From an uncultured delta proteobacterium (GTDB taxonomy: Bacteria > Myxococcota_A > Polyangia > Palsa-1104): DNA of 64,000 bases. Below, in pieces: positions 42,527 through 50,907 of the stretch. Position 1 is the first letter of the stretch. Every line of letters starts with the position of its first letter. The stretch lies in contig CAWAWS010000024.1 of NCBI GenBank assembly GCA_963785725.1, positions 162,151 through 226,150 on the forward strand, written 5' to 3'. The translations under genes were made by a program, and so were the position numbers. The notes beneath the pieces were generated by a model. That model made no database searches. It saw only the letters and a program-made list of their open reading frames with translations, and was not told where the DNA came from.

Positions 42527-43641
42527 CAGCGCTCCCCGAACGTCGTGATGGTCATCGTCTGGTTGTGCAGCTCGCAGCGTCCGAGCGCGGCGAAGGGCGA
42601 CAGCTCGCCGTAGGAATAAAAGCCGGTCAGCCGCGTCCGAGCGCCGAGCACGTCGCGGACGGCCTCGACCTCCTCTTCGACGCGCTGCTTGAGGACCAGC
42701 TTGCGACCGACGCAGCTCACCAGCACCGCCAGCTCCGGCGCCGCATCCGCGCTCAGGCAGATGCGCGCCGCGCCTTGCGCGCCGTCGACGAGGCGGTCGG
42801 TGTTGGCGCGCATGAGCCGCGCGTAGGCGCCTTCGGGCACGTCGCCCGCGAAGGTGATGCTCTGGGCCGCTTCGTCGACGGCCAAGATCGTGCGCACGAG
42901 ACCGGGCGCGTCGCCCGAGCGGACGCTGAGCGGGAAGAGCAGGCCGCTCGCGGGCAGCTGCGTCGAATGTTCGCCGAGGTAGCGCTTGTAGAGCTCGAGC
43001 GCCGAGCAGCCGTCCAGCTCGTAGACGACGTTGCCGACCGCGCGCGTGACGAGGCGCTCGGGGCCGAACGGATCCCAGCCGCCCAGCGAGCCGACGCCGA
43101 TGCGCAGGCCGGCGCCGTAGAAGCCGACGGCGACGACTTTGCCGCTCTCGGCCGGGCCGTCGAGTGCGACCAGCGTTTGCCGAAAGTTGGCGCCGTCGCC
43201 GCATAGGCCGCCGGTCACTTGCACGCCGGCCGGAAGCCCGGCAGCCAGGCCACGCGCGAGATCGCTGCCATTGACCTGCGTGCCGTCGGACAAGACGAAC
43301 AAGTGGATCAGCCCGTTCGGATCGAGCGCACGGGCCAGGCGCAGGCCGGCGTCGTAGCTGGAGCTGGCGGCGGCGAGTCGCACCTCGGCCGCGGCCACAC
43401 GCGCGCGGGCGAAGCGCACGGCGGTCAGCGTCAACGAGTCGTCGTGAACGCGGGCGCCCACGATCTCGCCTGCGGTCGAGCCGCCGAGCACGACCGCGCC
43501 CGCAAAGCGCGCGCGCACGTCGTCGATGAGGCCGCTGGCGAGCCGCGATGGCGAGCCGAACAGCAGCACGAGATCGAACGGCGCCGGCGGCGGCAGCTCG
43601 TCCCAACGACCGTCGGACCAGCGCGCCTGTGCGACGATCAT
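42526..43641 (-). CDS. FIST N/C domain protein (NosP-like)
   Basis: GGSTAGEI, VTGGLCGD, GGWDPFGPER.VT, SCVGRK, GFYSYGE, LHNQTM. Confidence 0.92.
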   Translation of the reverse strand: MIVAQARWSDGRWDELPPPAPFDLVLLFGSPSRLASGLIDDVRARFAGAVVLGGSTAGEIVGARVHDDSLTLTAVRFARARVAAAEVRLAAASSSYDAGLRLARALDPNGLIHLFVLSDGTQVNGSDLARGLAAGLPAGVQVTGGLCGDGANFRQTLVALDGPAESGKVVAVGFYGAGLRIGVGSLGGWDPFGPERLVTRAVGNVVYELDGCSALELYKRYLGEHSTQLPASGLLFPLSVRSGDAPGLVRTILAVDEAAQSITFAGDVPEGAYARLMRANTDRLVDGAQGAARICLSADAAPELAVLVSCVGRKLVLKQRVEEEVEAVRDVLGARTRLTGFYSYGELSPFAALGRCELHNQTMTITTFGER

Positions 43642-44522
43642 CAGGCCGCCACCACGAGCGACAGCTGAGCCGGACGTTGCGCGCGTGCGCGGTCCAGCGC
43701 CGTCCGCGCCGCGGTTAGGAGGCGCTCGCTGTCGACGTCACCGTTGGCGAGGCCGATTCCGTAGCTGAGCGCGACGTTGGAGTGCGCCTGCTCTTGGTGC
43801 AGCACGAGGCCGGTCGTCTCGGCGCGCATGGCGGCGACGGCCGCTTCCGCCACGTCCTGGCCGTCGCGCGCGACGAAGAGCGCGAAGCAGCCGTCGTCGA
43901 GCTGGCACAAGAGCGCGGCCGCGGGCTGCGAGCGGGCGAGCGCCGCGGCCGTGCGCCGCATGAAGCCCTCGGTCGCCGTCGCGCCGTGGTGCAAGCGGAG
44001 CGCCGCCAGATCGTCGATGCCGATGAGCACGACCGCCTGGGTCTCGTGCCGATGGCGCTGGCGCCGCAGCTCGTCCTCGCAGTAGCGGCGCTGGTAGAGC
44101 CCGCTGTGCGCGTCACGATAGGCGATGCGCGCCAGCCGGTCATGATCGCGCTTGGTGCCGAGGGCGCGCTTGATCCGCGCGCGCAGCTCGGCCACCGAGT
44201 AGGGCTTGACCAGATAATCGACGGCGCCCAGCTCGAAGGCGTGCAGCTTGGTCATGATGGTGTCGTCGCTGGTCAGAAACAGGACGGGAATGTCGGACGT
44301 GTGCGCGTCCTCCTTCAGCCGCTCGTAGAAATCGAGGCCGCTCATGCAATCCAAGTTCATGTCGAGCAGGATGAGCGCCGGTCGCAGGCTGCGCGCGCCG
44401 TCGAGTCCCTCGTCGGACGTCAAGGCCGCGAAGAGCTCGAGCCCTTCGAGCCGCAGCTGCCGCGCCAGCACCAGGTGCGCGTCCGGCGAGTCGTCCACTA
44501 CGAGAATGCGCGTGTCGTTCAT
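43641..44522 (-). CDS. REC + degenerate GGDEF protein
   Basis: PleD-like receiver; the GGDEF site reads QLDDGCFA. Confidence 0.85.
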   Translation of the reverse strand: MNDTRILVVDDSPDAHLVLARQLRLEGLELFAALTSDEGLDGARSLRPALILLDMNLDCMSGLDFYERLKEDAHTSDIPVLFLTSDDTIMTKLHAFELGAVDYLVKPYSVAELRARIKRALGTKRDHDRLARIAYRDAHSGLYQRRYCEDELRRQRHRHETQAVVLIGIDDLAALRLHHGATATEGFMRRTAAALARSQPAAALLCQLDDGCFALFVARDGQDVAEAAVAAMRAETTGLVLHQEQAHSNVALSYGIGLANGDVDSERLLTAARTALDRARAQRPAQLSLVVAA

Positions 44523-44550
44523 TTGCGTTTGCCCCCGCGAAGGCTCGAGA

Positions 44551-44565
44551 GCACGAACCGTTCCA
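44551..44565 (-). promoter_or_regulatory. Putative sigma54 promoter of the REC-GGDEF*/FIST/kinase operon
   Basis: Minus strand TGGAAC-GGTTC-GTGC (GG-N10-GC). Confidence 0.55.
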
Positions 44566-44596
44566 GCACGCCGATCGGCGCGACGATGGGGGAACG

Positions 44597-44639
44597 CGCA
44601 AAAGCTGCGTTTCGCGGCGTGGCGCGTGCAGCTTTTGCG
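44597..44639. promoter_or_regulatory. Tandem putative enhancer boxes
   Basis: CGCAAAAGCTGCG (44597) and TGCAGCTTTTGCG (44627), 30 bp apart; together a perfect 12-bp inverted repeat. Confidence 0.6.
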
Positions 44640-44977
44640 GCCGGCGATCGTCCGAACGGCGGATTCTCGTTGGCGCATGGCTTGCTGAGCGGTCGGTAGC
44701 GAATCGTCGCACCACGGCGCCGACGTCCGAAACGGAGCAAATGGCGGGTGACCTCATTGATCGAGGCTAATCAGGGCGCGATTCTCGAGCGCGAAGCGAT
44801 CGAGAAGGGGGTGCGGCAAATCGTCGCACCACCCTGCCTCGTCGACTATTTCCACCGGGGCTATGTCGCCGACGCCGCAAACGGTGCGCGGATCGACGCT
44901 GCCGGCCTGGATCGAGCGCTGGCCGTCCAGTTGCACTGACAGCCTCCAGTGCTGGCAGCGTTTCTAGCGGGGAAAAC

Positions 44978-45370
44978 ATGGCGGATGTGGCGGTGGTCTG
45001 GGTGGTCGACGACGACGCTCGGATCTGGCGGACGCTGCGCCGGGTTCTTGGGCTTCATCAGGTCCATTTTGCGCCCTCGCTCGAGCGCGCCATGCAGCTG
45101 CTCGACGGACCCACCCGTTACGACGCGATCCTCGCCGATCTCTCGCTCGCGGGCGACCGCGGCACGGCGCTCGTCAAGCTCGTGCAGCGGCACAGTCCGC
45201 AGCACGCCGAGGCGCTCGCGTTCATGACGGCCGGAGACACCGTGCAGCGCCAAGGGCGCGTGTTCGAGGAGCCATTCTCGATCGGCGAGGTGCGACAATT
45301 TGTCGCAGATCGTTTGATTGCAAAGCCTACGGCGCCGCCGGTTTCCAGCGATCTCGGGGATTCTCACTAG
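44978..45370 (+). CDS. Atypical single-domain response regulator
   Basis: WVVDDD, ILADL; EPF instead of KPF. Confidence 0.7.
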   Translation: MADVAVVWVVDDDARIWRTLRRVLGLHQVHFAPSLERAMQLLDGPTRYDAILADLSLAGDRGTALVKLVQRHSPQHAEALAFMTAGDTVQRQGRVFEEPFSIGEVRQFVADRLIAKPTAPPVSSDLGDSH

Positions 45371-45656
45371 CCATCCCATTCGAATCGTGCTTGCATTGCG
45401 CGTGCGTTGGCCCAGCGCCTCGTAGCGACACTCTCTTTCATGTCGCGGGCGTGGGTGGGAATCGGGGAGGAGTGCATGCCAGGGGACGTGCCCAATCGAT
45501 CTAGCGCGGGCTGCTCGCGCGCTCGCCGCTCCGTTCGGACATGCTCCAGGAAGCCGGTCTTGTCCTCACGCGCATAAGCGGGCGCCGTTCGCGTCGTTTT
45601 CCGGCTCCGCAGCGAACCTTTCGACCGCCGCGGTTCGTCTGCTCTCGAGGTGTCTG

Positions 45657-48600
45657 ATGTTCAATCTACTCCGTCGCATTTTCGCGTCCGACGAGTTCAT
45701 GCCGCACGGCCACTGCTACCTGTGGAAGCCGGGCCTGGTCTGGCTGCACGTGCTCACCGACGGACTCATCACGCTCGCCTATCTCAGCATCCCGTTTACG
45801 CTGCTCTACTTCATTCGCAAGCGGCGCGACTTGCCGTTCTCTTGGATCTTCCTCTGCTTCGGTATGTTCATCGTGGCCTGCGGCGGAACGCACGCCATGG
45901 AGATCCTGACGCTGTGGACGCCCGTCTATTGGCTGTCGGGAATCGTCAAGGCGTTCACCGCCGTCGCCTCGCTGATGACCGCGGTGCTCCTCGTCAGACT
46001 GGTGCCGGCCGCGCTGGCCATACCGAGCCCCGAGGCGCTGCGCGTCGCCCTCCGCGCGCTGCAAGAGAGCGAGACGCTCTATCGCGCCGCCATGGCGGGC
46101 GGTCCCGATCCGTTCGTCATCTTCCGCGCCATTCGCGGGCCCGATGGCAACATTCGCGACTTCAGTGTCCGCGACATCAACCTCGCCGGGCAGCAGCGGC
46201 TCAGCCAGGCCGGCGACGCGCTCATCGACCAGAGCCTGCGTACGCTCTTTCCGGCGTTCGCAGGCGACGCGCTGTTCGGCCGCTACGTTCGCGCGGTCGA
46301 GGTGCCGGCCACGTTCGAAGACGAGCTCGAAAGCGACCTGCTTGGCCACGGCGAGGCCTGGACGCGCCTGCAGGTCATTCCGCTCTCCGACGGATTCGCC
46401 GCCAGCTTTCGCGACATCACGCCGCGCAAGCTGCGCGAGCGCGAGCAGAAGCGCGCCGAAGAGACCTTTCGCGATCTGCTCGAGGCCGCGCCCGACGCCA
46501 TGGTCATCGTCGGCCGCGACGGCAAGATGCGCCTGGTCAACGCGCAGACCGAGAAGCTGTTCGGCTACGCGCGCGCCGAGCTCCTCGGTCAGAGCGTGGA
46601 CATGCTCGTTCCCGTCGCCGCGCGCGCCGCGCACGCCGGCCATCGCGTCGGCTACGCCGAGAGTCCAAAGGTGCGCGCCATGGGCTCGGGGCTCGAGCTG
46701 CACGGCCTGCGCAAGGACGGCTCCGAGTTCCCCATCGAGATCAGCCTCAGCCCCATCGACACGCCCGAAGGGCAGCTCATCTCGAGCGCCATCCGCGACA
46801 TCACGCTGCGCAAGAAGGCCGAGGAGAAGTTTCGCGGCCTGCTCGAGTCGGCGCCCGACGCCATGGTGATCGCCGACGGCGGCGGCGACATCGTGCTCGT
46901 CAACGCCCAGACCGAGCGCATCTTCGGCTACGGCCGCGCCGAGCTGCTCGGCCGGAAGGTCGAGCTGCTCATTCCGCGCCACGCCGCCGACGAGGGCAAT
47001 GGCGAGGCGATTCGCCCGATGGGCAGTGGCTTCGAGCGCCATGGCGTGCGCAAGGATGGCTCCGAATTTCCCATCGAGATCAGCCTGAGCCCGCTGCACA
47101 CCGAGGAGGGCGTCCTCGTCTCGAGCGCCATCCGCGACACGACCGAGCAGCGACGCTCGCGGCAGGCGTTGCGGCAGGCCAATGACGAGCTGGGCCACCT
47201 CAACCGTCGCCTGGCCGAGCAGAACGACGAGCTGGCGCGCGCCACGCAAGCGAAGTCGGATTTCCTGGCCATGATGTCGCACGAGCTGCGCACGCCGCTC
47301 AACTCGATCATCGGCTTCTCGGAGGTGCTCATCGACGGCAAGTTCGGCGCGCTGACCGACCGGCAGCAGCGCTATCTGAACAACGTGCACTCGAGCGGAC
47401 GCCACCTGCTCGGCTTGATCAACGACCTGCTCGATCTGTCGAAGGTGGAGGCCGGCCGTGTGGAGCTCGTGCGACGACCGTGCTCGCCGCGCACCGTCGT
47501 CACCGAAGCGCTGGCGACGCTGCAGCCGGTCGCCGAGGCGGCACAGGTCGTGATGCTCGTCGAGCCGGCGCGCGACGGCGCTGTCGTCGCCGTTCTGGCC
47601 GATCCCGTTCGCCTCAAGCAGATCCTGTACAACCTCCTGTCCAACGCCATCAAGTTCACGCCGCGTGGTGGCAAGGTGACGGTCTTGGTCGAGCCGCGCC
47701 CGTCGTGCGTTCGCGTGGCGGTCACCGACACCGGTCCCGGGATCACCGCCGAGGAGCTGCCGCGACTGTTCGCGCCGTTCACCCAATTGGCCAACGCGCG
47801 CGGCAAGGGTGGTACCGGCCTCGGCCTGGCGTTGACCAAACAGCTGACCGAGCTCATGGGCGGTCACATCGGCGTATCGAGCCAGCTCGGCGTGGGCTCG
47901 ACCTTCTTCGTGGAGCTGCCGAGCGTCTCCGAGGTCGCGGCCGAGCCCGCGCCCGCATTGCACGCGGCCGGAGCGAGCGCTCCGCTGGCGCTCGTGGTCG
48001 ACGACGATCTGGCGGCGCAGGAGCTGCTGGTGCTGGCGCTGCAAGGGAAGGGCTTTCGCACGCTGGCGGCGGCGACGGGAGAGGAGGCACTGACGCTGGC
48101 GCGGCGTCATCGACCGCAGGTGATCACGCTCGACGTCTTTCTGCCGACCATCGACGGCTGGGACGCCTTGCGCATCCTGAAAAACGATCCGCTGACGGCC
48201 GAGATTCCAGTGGTCATGGCCACGATCTCCAGCGACCACACGACGGCCTTCGCGCTCGGCGCCGTCGAGCATCTGGTCAAGCCGATCGCGCCCGAGAGCC
48301 TGATGGCGGCGCTGCGGCGTCACACGTTCACCTCGAAGGTCAAGCAGCGCCCGGTGCACATCCTCGTCGTCGATGATGAAGCGGCGCAGCTCGATCTGGC
48401 GCGCGCGACGCTGGAGCCGCACGGCTTCTTGGTGCACACGGAGCTCACCGGACGCAGCGGCTTGGAGGCGGCGCTGCGTGGGCCGGTCAATCTCCTGCTG
48501 CTCGATCTCGTGTTGCCCGATCTCTCGGGCATCGAGGTCATCGAGGCGCTGCGTGGGCGATCGCTGCCCATCATCCTCCTGACCGGCCAGGAGATGACCC

Positions 48601-48713
48601 CGGCCATCGAGTCGCGGCTCAAAGGCGACGTGGACGCGATTCTGGCCAAAGGCGCGACCGGCAGCGCGCAGATGCTGGAGCAGGTCAATCGGGTGCTGCG
48701 CCGGCTGTCTTGA
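45657..48713 (+). CDS. Hybrid histidine kinase: ethylene-receptor-like TM domain, three PAS, HisKA/HATPase, two REC
   Basis: TDGLITLAYLSIP...FIVACGGTH; two near-duplicate PAS units; SHELRTPL; GGTGLGL; two receivers. Confidence 0.92.
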   Translation: MFNLLRRIFASDEFMPHGHCYLWKPGLVWLHVLTDGLITLAYLSIPFTLLYFIRKRRDLPFSWIFLCFGMFIVACGGTHAMEILTLWTPVYWLSGIVKAFTAVASLMTAVLLVRLVPAALAIPSPEALRVALRALQESETLYRAAMAGGPDPFVIFRAIRGPDGNIRDFSVRDINLAGQQRLSQAGDALIDQSLRTLFPAFAGDALFGRYVRAVEVPATFEDELESDLLGHGEAWTRLQVIPLSDGFAASFRDITPRKLREREQKRAEETFRDLLEAAPDAMVIVGRDGKMRLVNAQTEKLFGYARAELLGQSVDMLVPVAARAAHAGHRVGYAESPKVRAMGSGLELHGLRKDGSEFPIEISLSPIDTPEGQLISSAIRDITLRKKAEEKFRGLLESAPDAMVIADGGGDIVLVNAQTERIFGYGRAELLGRKVELLIPRHAADEGNGEAIRPMGSGFERHGVRKDGSEFPIEISLSPLHTEEGVLVSSAIRDTTEQRRSRQALRQANDELGHLNRRLAEQNDELARATQAKSDFLAMMSHELRTPLNSIIGFSEVLIDGKFGALTDRQQRYLNNVHSSGRHLLGLINDLLDLSKVEAGRVELVRRPCSPRTVVTEALATLQPVAEAAQVVMLVEPARDGAVVAVLADPVRLKQILYNLLSNAIKFTPRGGKVTVLVEPRPSCVRVAVTDTGPGITAEELPRLFAPFTQLANARGKGGTGLGLALTKQLTELMGGHIGVSSQLGVGSTFFVELPSVSEVAAEPAPALHAAGASAPLALVVDDDLAAQELLVLALQGKGFRTLAAATGEEALTLARRHRPQVITLDVFLPTIDGWDALRILKNDPLTAEIPVVMATISSDHTTAFALGAVEHLVKPIAPESLMAALRRHTFTSKVKQRPVHILVVDDEAAQLDLARATLEPHGFLVHTELTGRSGLEAALRGPVNLLLLDLVLPDLSGIEVIEALRGRSLPIILLTGQEMTPAIESRLKGDVDAILAKGATGSAQMLEQVNRVLRRLS

Positions 48714-48766
48714 GGCGCGGTAGCGACAACGCTCTCGCCTCACGAGGTTTGGCCCTTTTCGTTTCG

Positions 48767-48791
48767 GCGCCGCGCCGCGCCGCGCCGCGCC
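48767..48791. repeat. (GCGCC)5 microsatellite
   Basis: Five perfect pentamers in the intergenic region. Confidence 0.8.
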
Positions 48792-48927
48792 GCACCGGCC
48801 TGACGGACGTCACCGAATGGCCGGCCGTGTCGGACGACCGTTGCTCGACAGACGCCGAAACGTAAAGGTTATGTAATTTTCCAGAGGCAATTGCCGCGCC
48901 GCGTTTAAGCTCGCTGTAGGTCTATCC

Positions 48928-50892
48928 ATGTTCGCCTGGTTCCGTCGCCTCGGCTGGTCGCGATGGGTCGCCGCTGCAGCCTTGGGCAGCGTCCTGACCG
49001 CGCTTTTGCCGCTCCCGCATTCCACGGTCGGTGGTTGGTCGTTGACCGCCCTCTTGTTGTCGGTGCCGGCGCTGGTCGGCGCGCTCGTCGGCGCCGCGCT
49101 CGGCCGGCTGTCGTCGCGGGCGGCGGCGCGCGGCGTGCCGGTCGCGCGGCTCGCCACCGTCGCCGAAGTGCCGCTGCTGCTGCTCGTCGCCGGCGTCTTC
49201 TTGGTCAACCTCGTCGTCATCGACGCACCGTTCGGCGCGCGCTCGCACATCGGTTATCGGCTGACGCTGGCGGCGGCGATCGTCGCCGGCGCGCTGCTCG
49301 CGTGGACGACGCGTCGCTGGCCGGCCCGCGACGACCGCGGCAATGAGCGCGCGCTGGCCGTCTGGCTCGCCGTCGACGCGCTCGCGGCCGGCCTGCTCGA
49401 CGGCTATGGCGTGCGCGGCGAATATCCGGTCCACGGCGCGCTGCTCCTCTTGACGACGCTCGGCTTCGGCGCCGCCGCCTGGCTCGCCGTGCCGGCCGCG
49501 AATGCACGTCGCTGGGCGGTCGCCGCGCTGTTGCCGCTGGTCGCCGCGCTGGCCATCTGGAGCGGCCGCGATCACGCCACGATCGTCGCCGAGATCGTCA
49601 GCGCGCGCACGCCGTACCTGACGACGCTCGGCTGGGCGCGCCGGCTCACCGATCGCGATCACGACGGCTACAGCCCGTGGCTCGAAGGCGGCGACTGCGA
49701 CGATCACGACGCCACCGCCTATCCGCTGTCACCGGCGCGCGACTGCCTCGACTGGCGCCGTCACGACGAGCCGCCCCGCATGCACGCGACGGCGACGACG
49801 GTGACCGACGCGACGCCGCGCGTGATCTTGCTGTTGACGATCGACGCCTTTCGCTGCGGCTTCGATCGCCAAGGCCCGCCCGAGCTGCGCGACGCCTGCC
49901 CGGTGCTGACGCAGCTGGCCGCCGAGGGGCGCGTTCGCTTCGACGCGCGCACGCACGTGCCGACGACGGCGCCGTCGATGGCGGCGCTCATGACCGGCGA
50001 TCCCGGGGTCAGCGAGCGCGCCAGCATCCACGACGGGCTGCCGACGCGGCTGCGCCAAGCCGGCTACGTGACGCACGCGATCATGACGCTGCCGCAGCCG
50101 CTGGCGTTTCCCGGCCTGCGCGCGTCGTTCGATGACGTCGACGAGACGCTGGCGGCGACGGTGACGTCGCCCTTTCGCGCCGACGATCTGACGGCGCGCA
50201 TCGCCGACAAGGTGCGCGAGTCCCTGCGCGCTGGCACCGATCGCGGCGACGAGCGCGCGTTCATTTGGGCGCACTATCCCGATCTGCATTTCCCCTACAT
50301 CGTCGACGACGAGAGCCCGTGGAAGCACGGCTCGATCGCCGCTTACGCGCAGCTGCTCCGCCGCAGCGACGCCGCCATCGGCCATCTCGTCGACGCGCTC
50401 AGGCACATGCCGGGCGGCGACTCGGTGCTCGTGTTGGTGACGGCCGATCACGGCGAGGAGTTCAACGAGCACGGCGAGCGCTATCACGGCTTTACGCTCT
50501 ACGACGAGGCGCTGCAGGTGCCCATCATCGCTTGGTCGCCGGGCGCGCACCGTCGCTACGGCAGTGACGAGCTGCCGAGCCAGCTGGCCGACTTGGGCGC
50601 CTATATCGTCAACGCGGCCGCGCAGACGCCGCTCGTCTATCACGATCAAGTGCTGCTGCGCGGCGTCGTGAGCGACCTGCAAGTGGGGCTCATCGCCGAC
50701 GGCTGGAAGCTCATCTACAACCGCACGCGGCAGCGGCTGCAGCTGTTCGATCTGGGTCGCGATCCGCACGAGCAGGACGATCGCCGCTTCAGTCGGCCCG
50801 ATATGGTGGCAAACCTCGGCCGTCAGCTGGGCTCGCTGCTCGACCGCGAAGACCGCCACAGCGGCACGCGGCACGGACGCAGTCAGCCTTAG
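48928..50892 (+). CDS. Membrane-bound sulfatase/alkaline-phosphatase superfamily protein
   Basis: N-terminal TM helices, DRDHDGY..GGDCDD motif, LLTIDAFR, WAHYPDLH.PY, TADHGEEF.EHG..YHG. Confidence 0.85.
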   Translation: MFAWFRRLGWSRWVAAAALGSVLTALLPLPHSTVGGWSLTALLLSVPALVGALVGAALGRLSSRAAARGVPVARLATVAEVPLLLLVAGVFLVNLVVIDAPFGARSHIGYRLTLAAAIVAGALLAWTTRRWPARDDRGNERALAVWLAVDALAAGLLDGYGVRGEYPVHGALLLLTTLGFGAAAWLAVPAANARRWAVAALLPLVAALAIWSGRDHATIVAEIVSARTPYLTTLGWARRLTDRDHDGYSPWLEGGDCDDHDATAYPLSPARDCLDWRRHDEPPRMHATATTVTDATPRVILLLTIDAFRCGFDRQGPPELRDACPVLTQLAAEGRVRFDARTHVPTTAPSMAALMTGDPGVSERASIHDGLPTRLRQAGYVTHAIMTLPQPLAFPGLRASFDDVDETLAATVTSPFRADDLTARIADKVRESLRAGTDRGDERAFIWAHYPDLHFPYIVDDESPWKHGSIAAYAQLLRRSDAAIGHLVDALRHMPGGDSVLVLVTADHGEEFNEHGERYHGFTLYDEALQVPIIAWSPGAHRRYGSDELPSQLADLGAYIVNAAAQTPLVYHDQVLLRGVVSDLQVGLIADGWKLIYNRTRQRLQLFDLGRDPHEQDDRRFSRPDMVANLGRQLGSLLDREDRHSGTRHGRSQP

Positions 50893-50907
50893 AGCGCCAC
50901 GCCGCGC

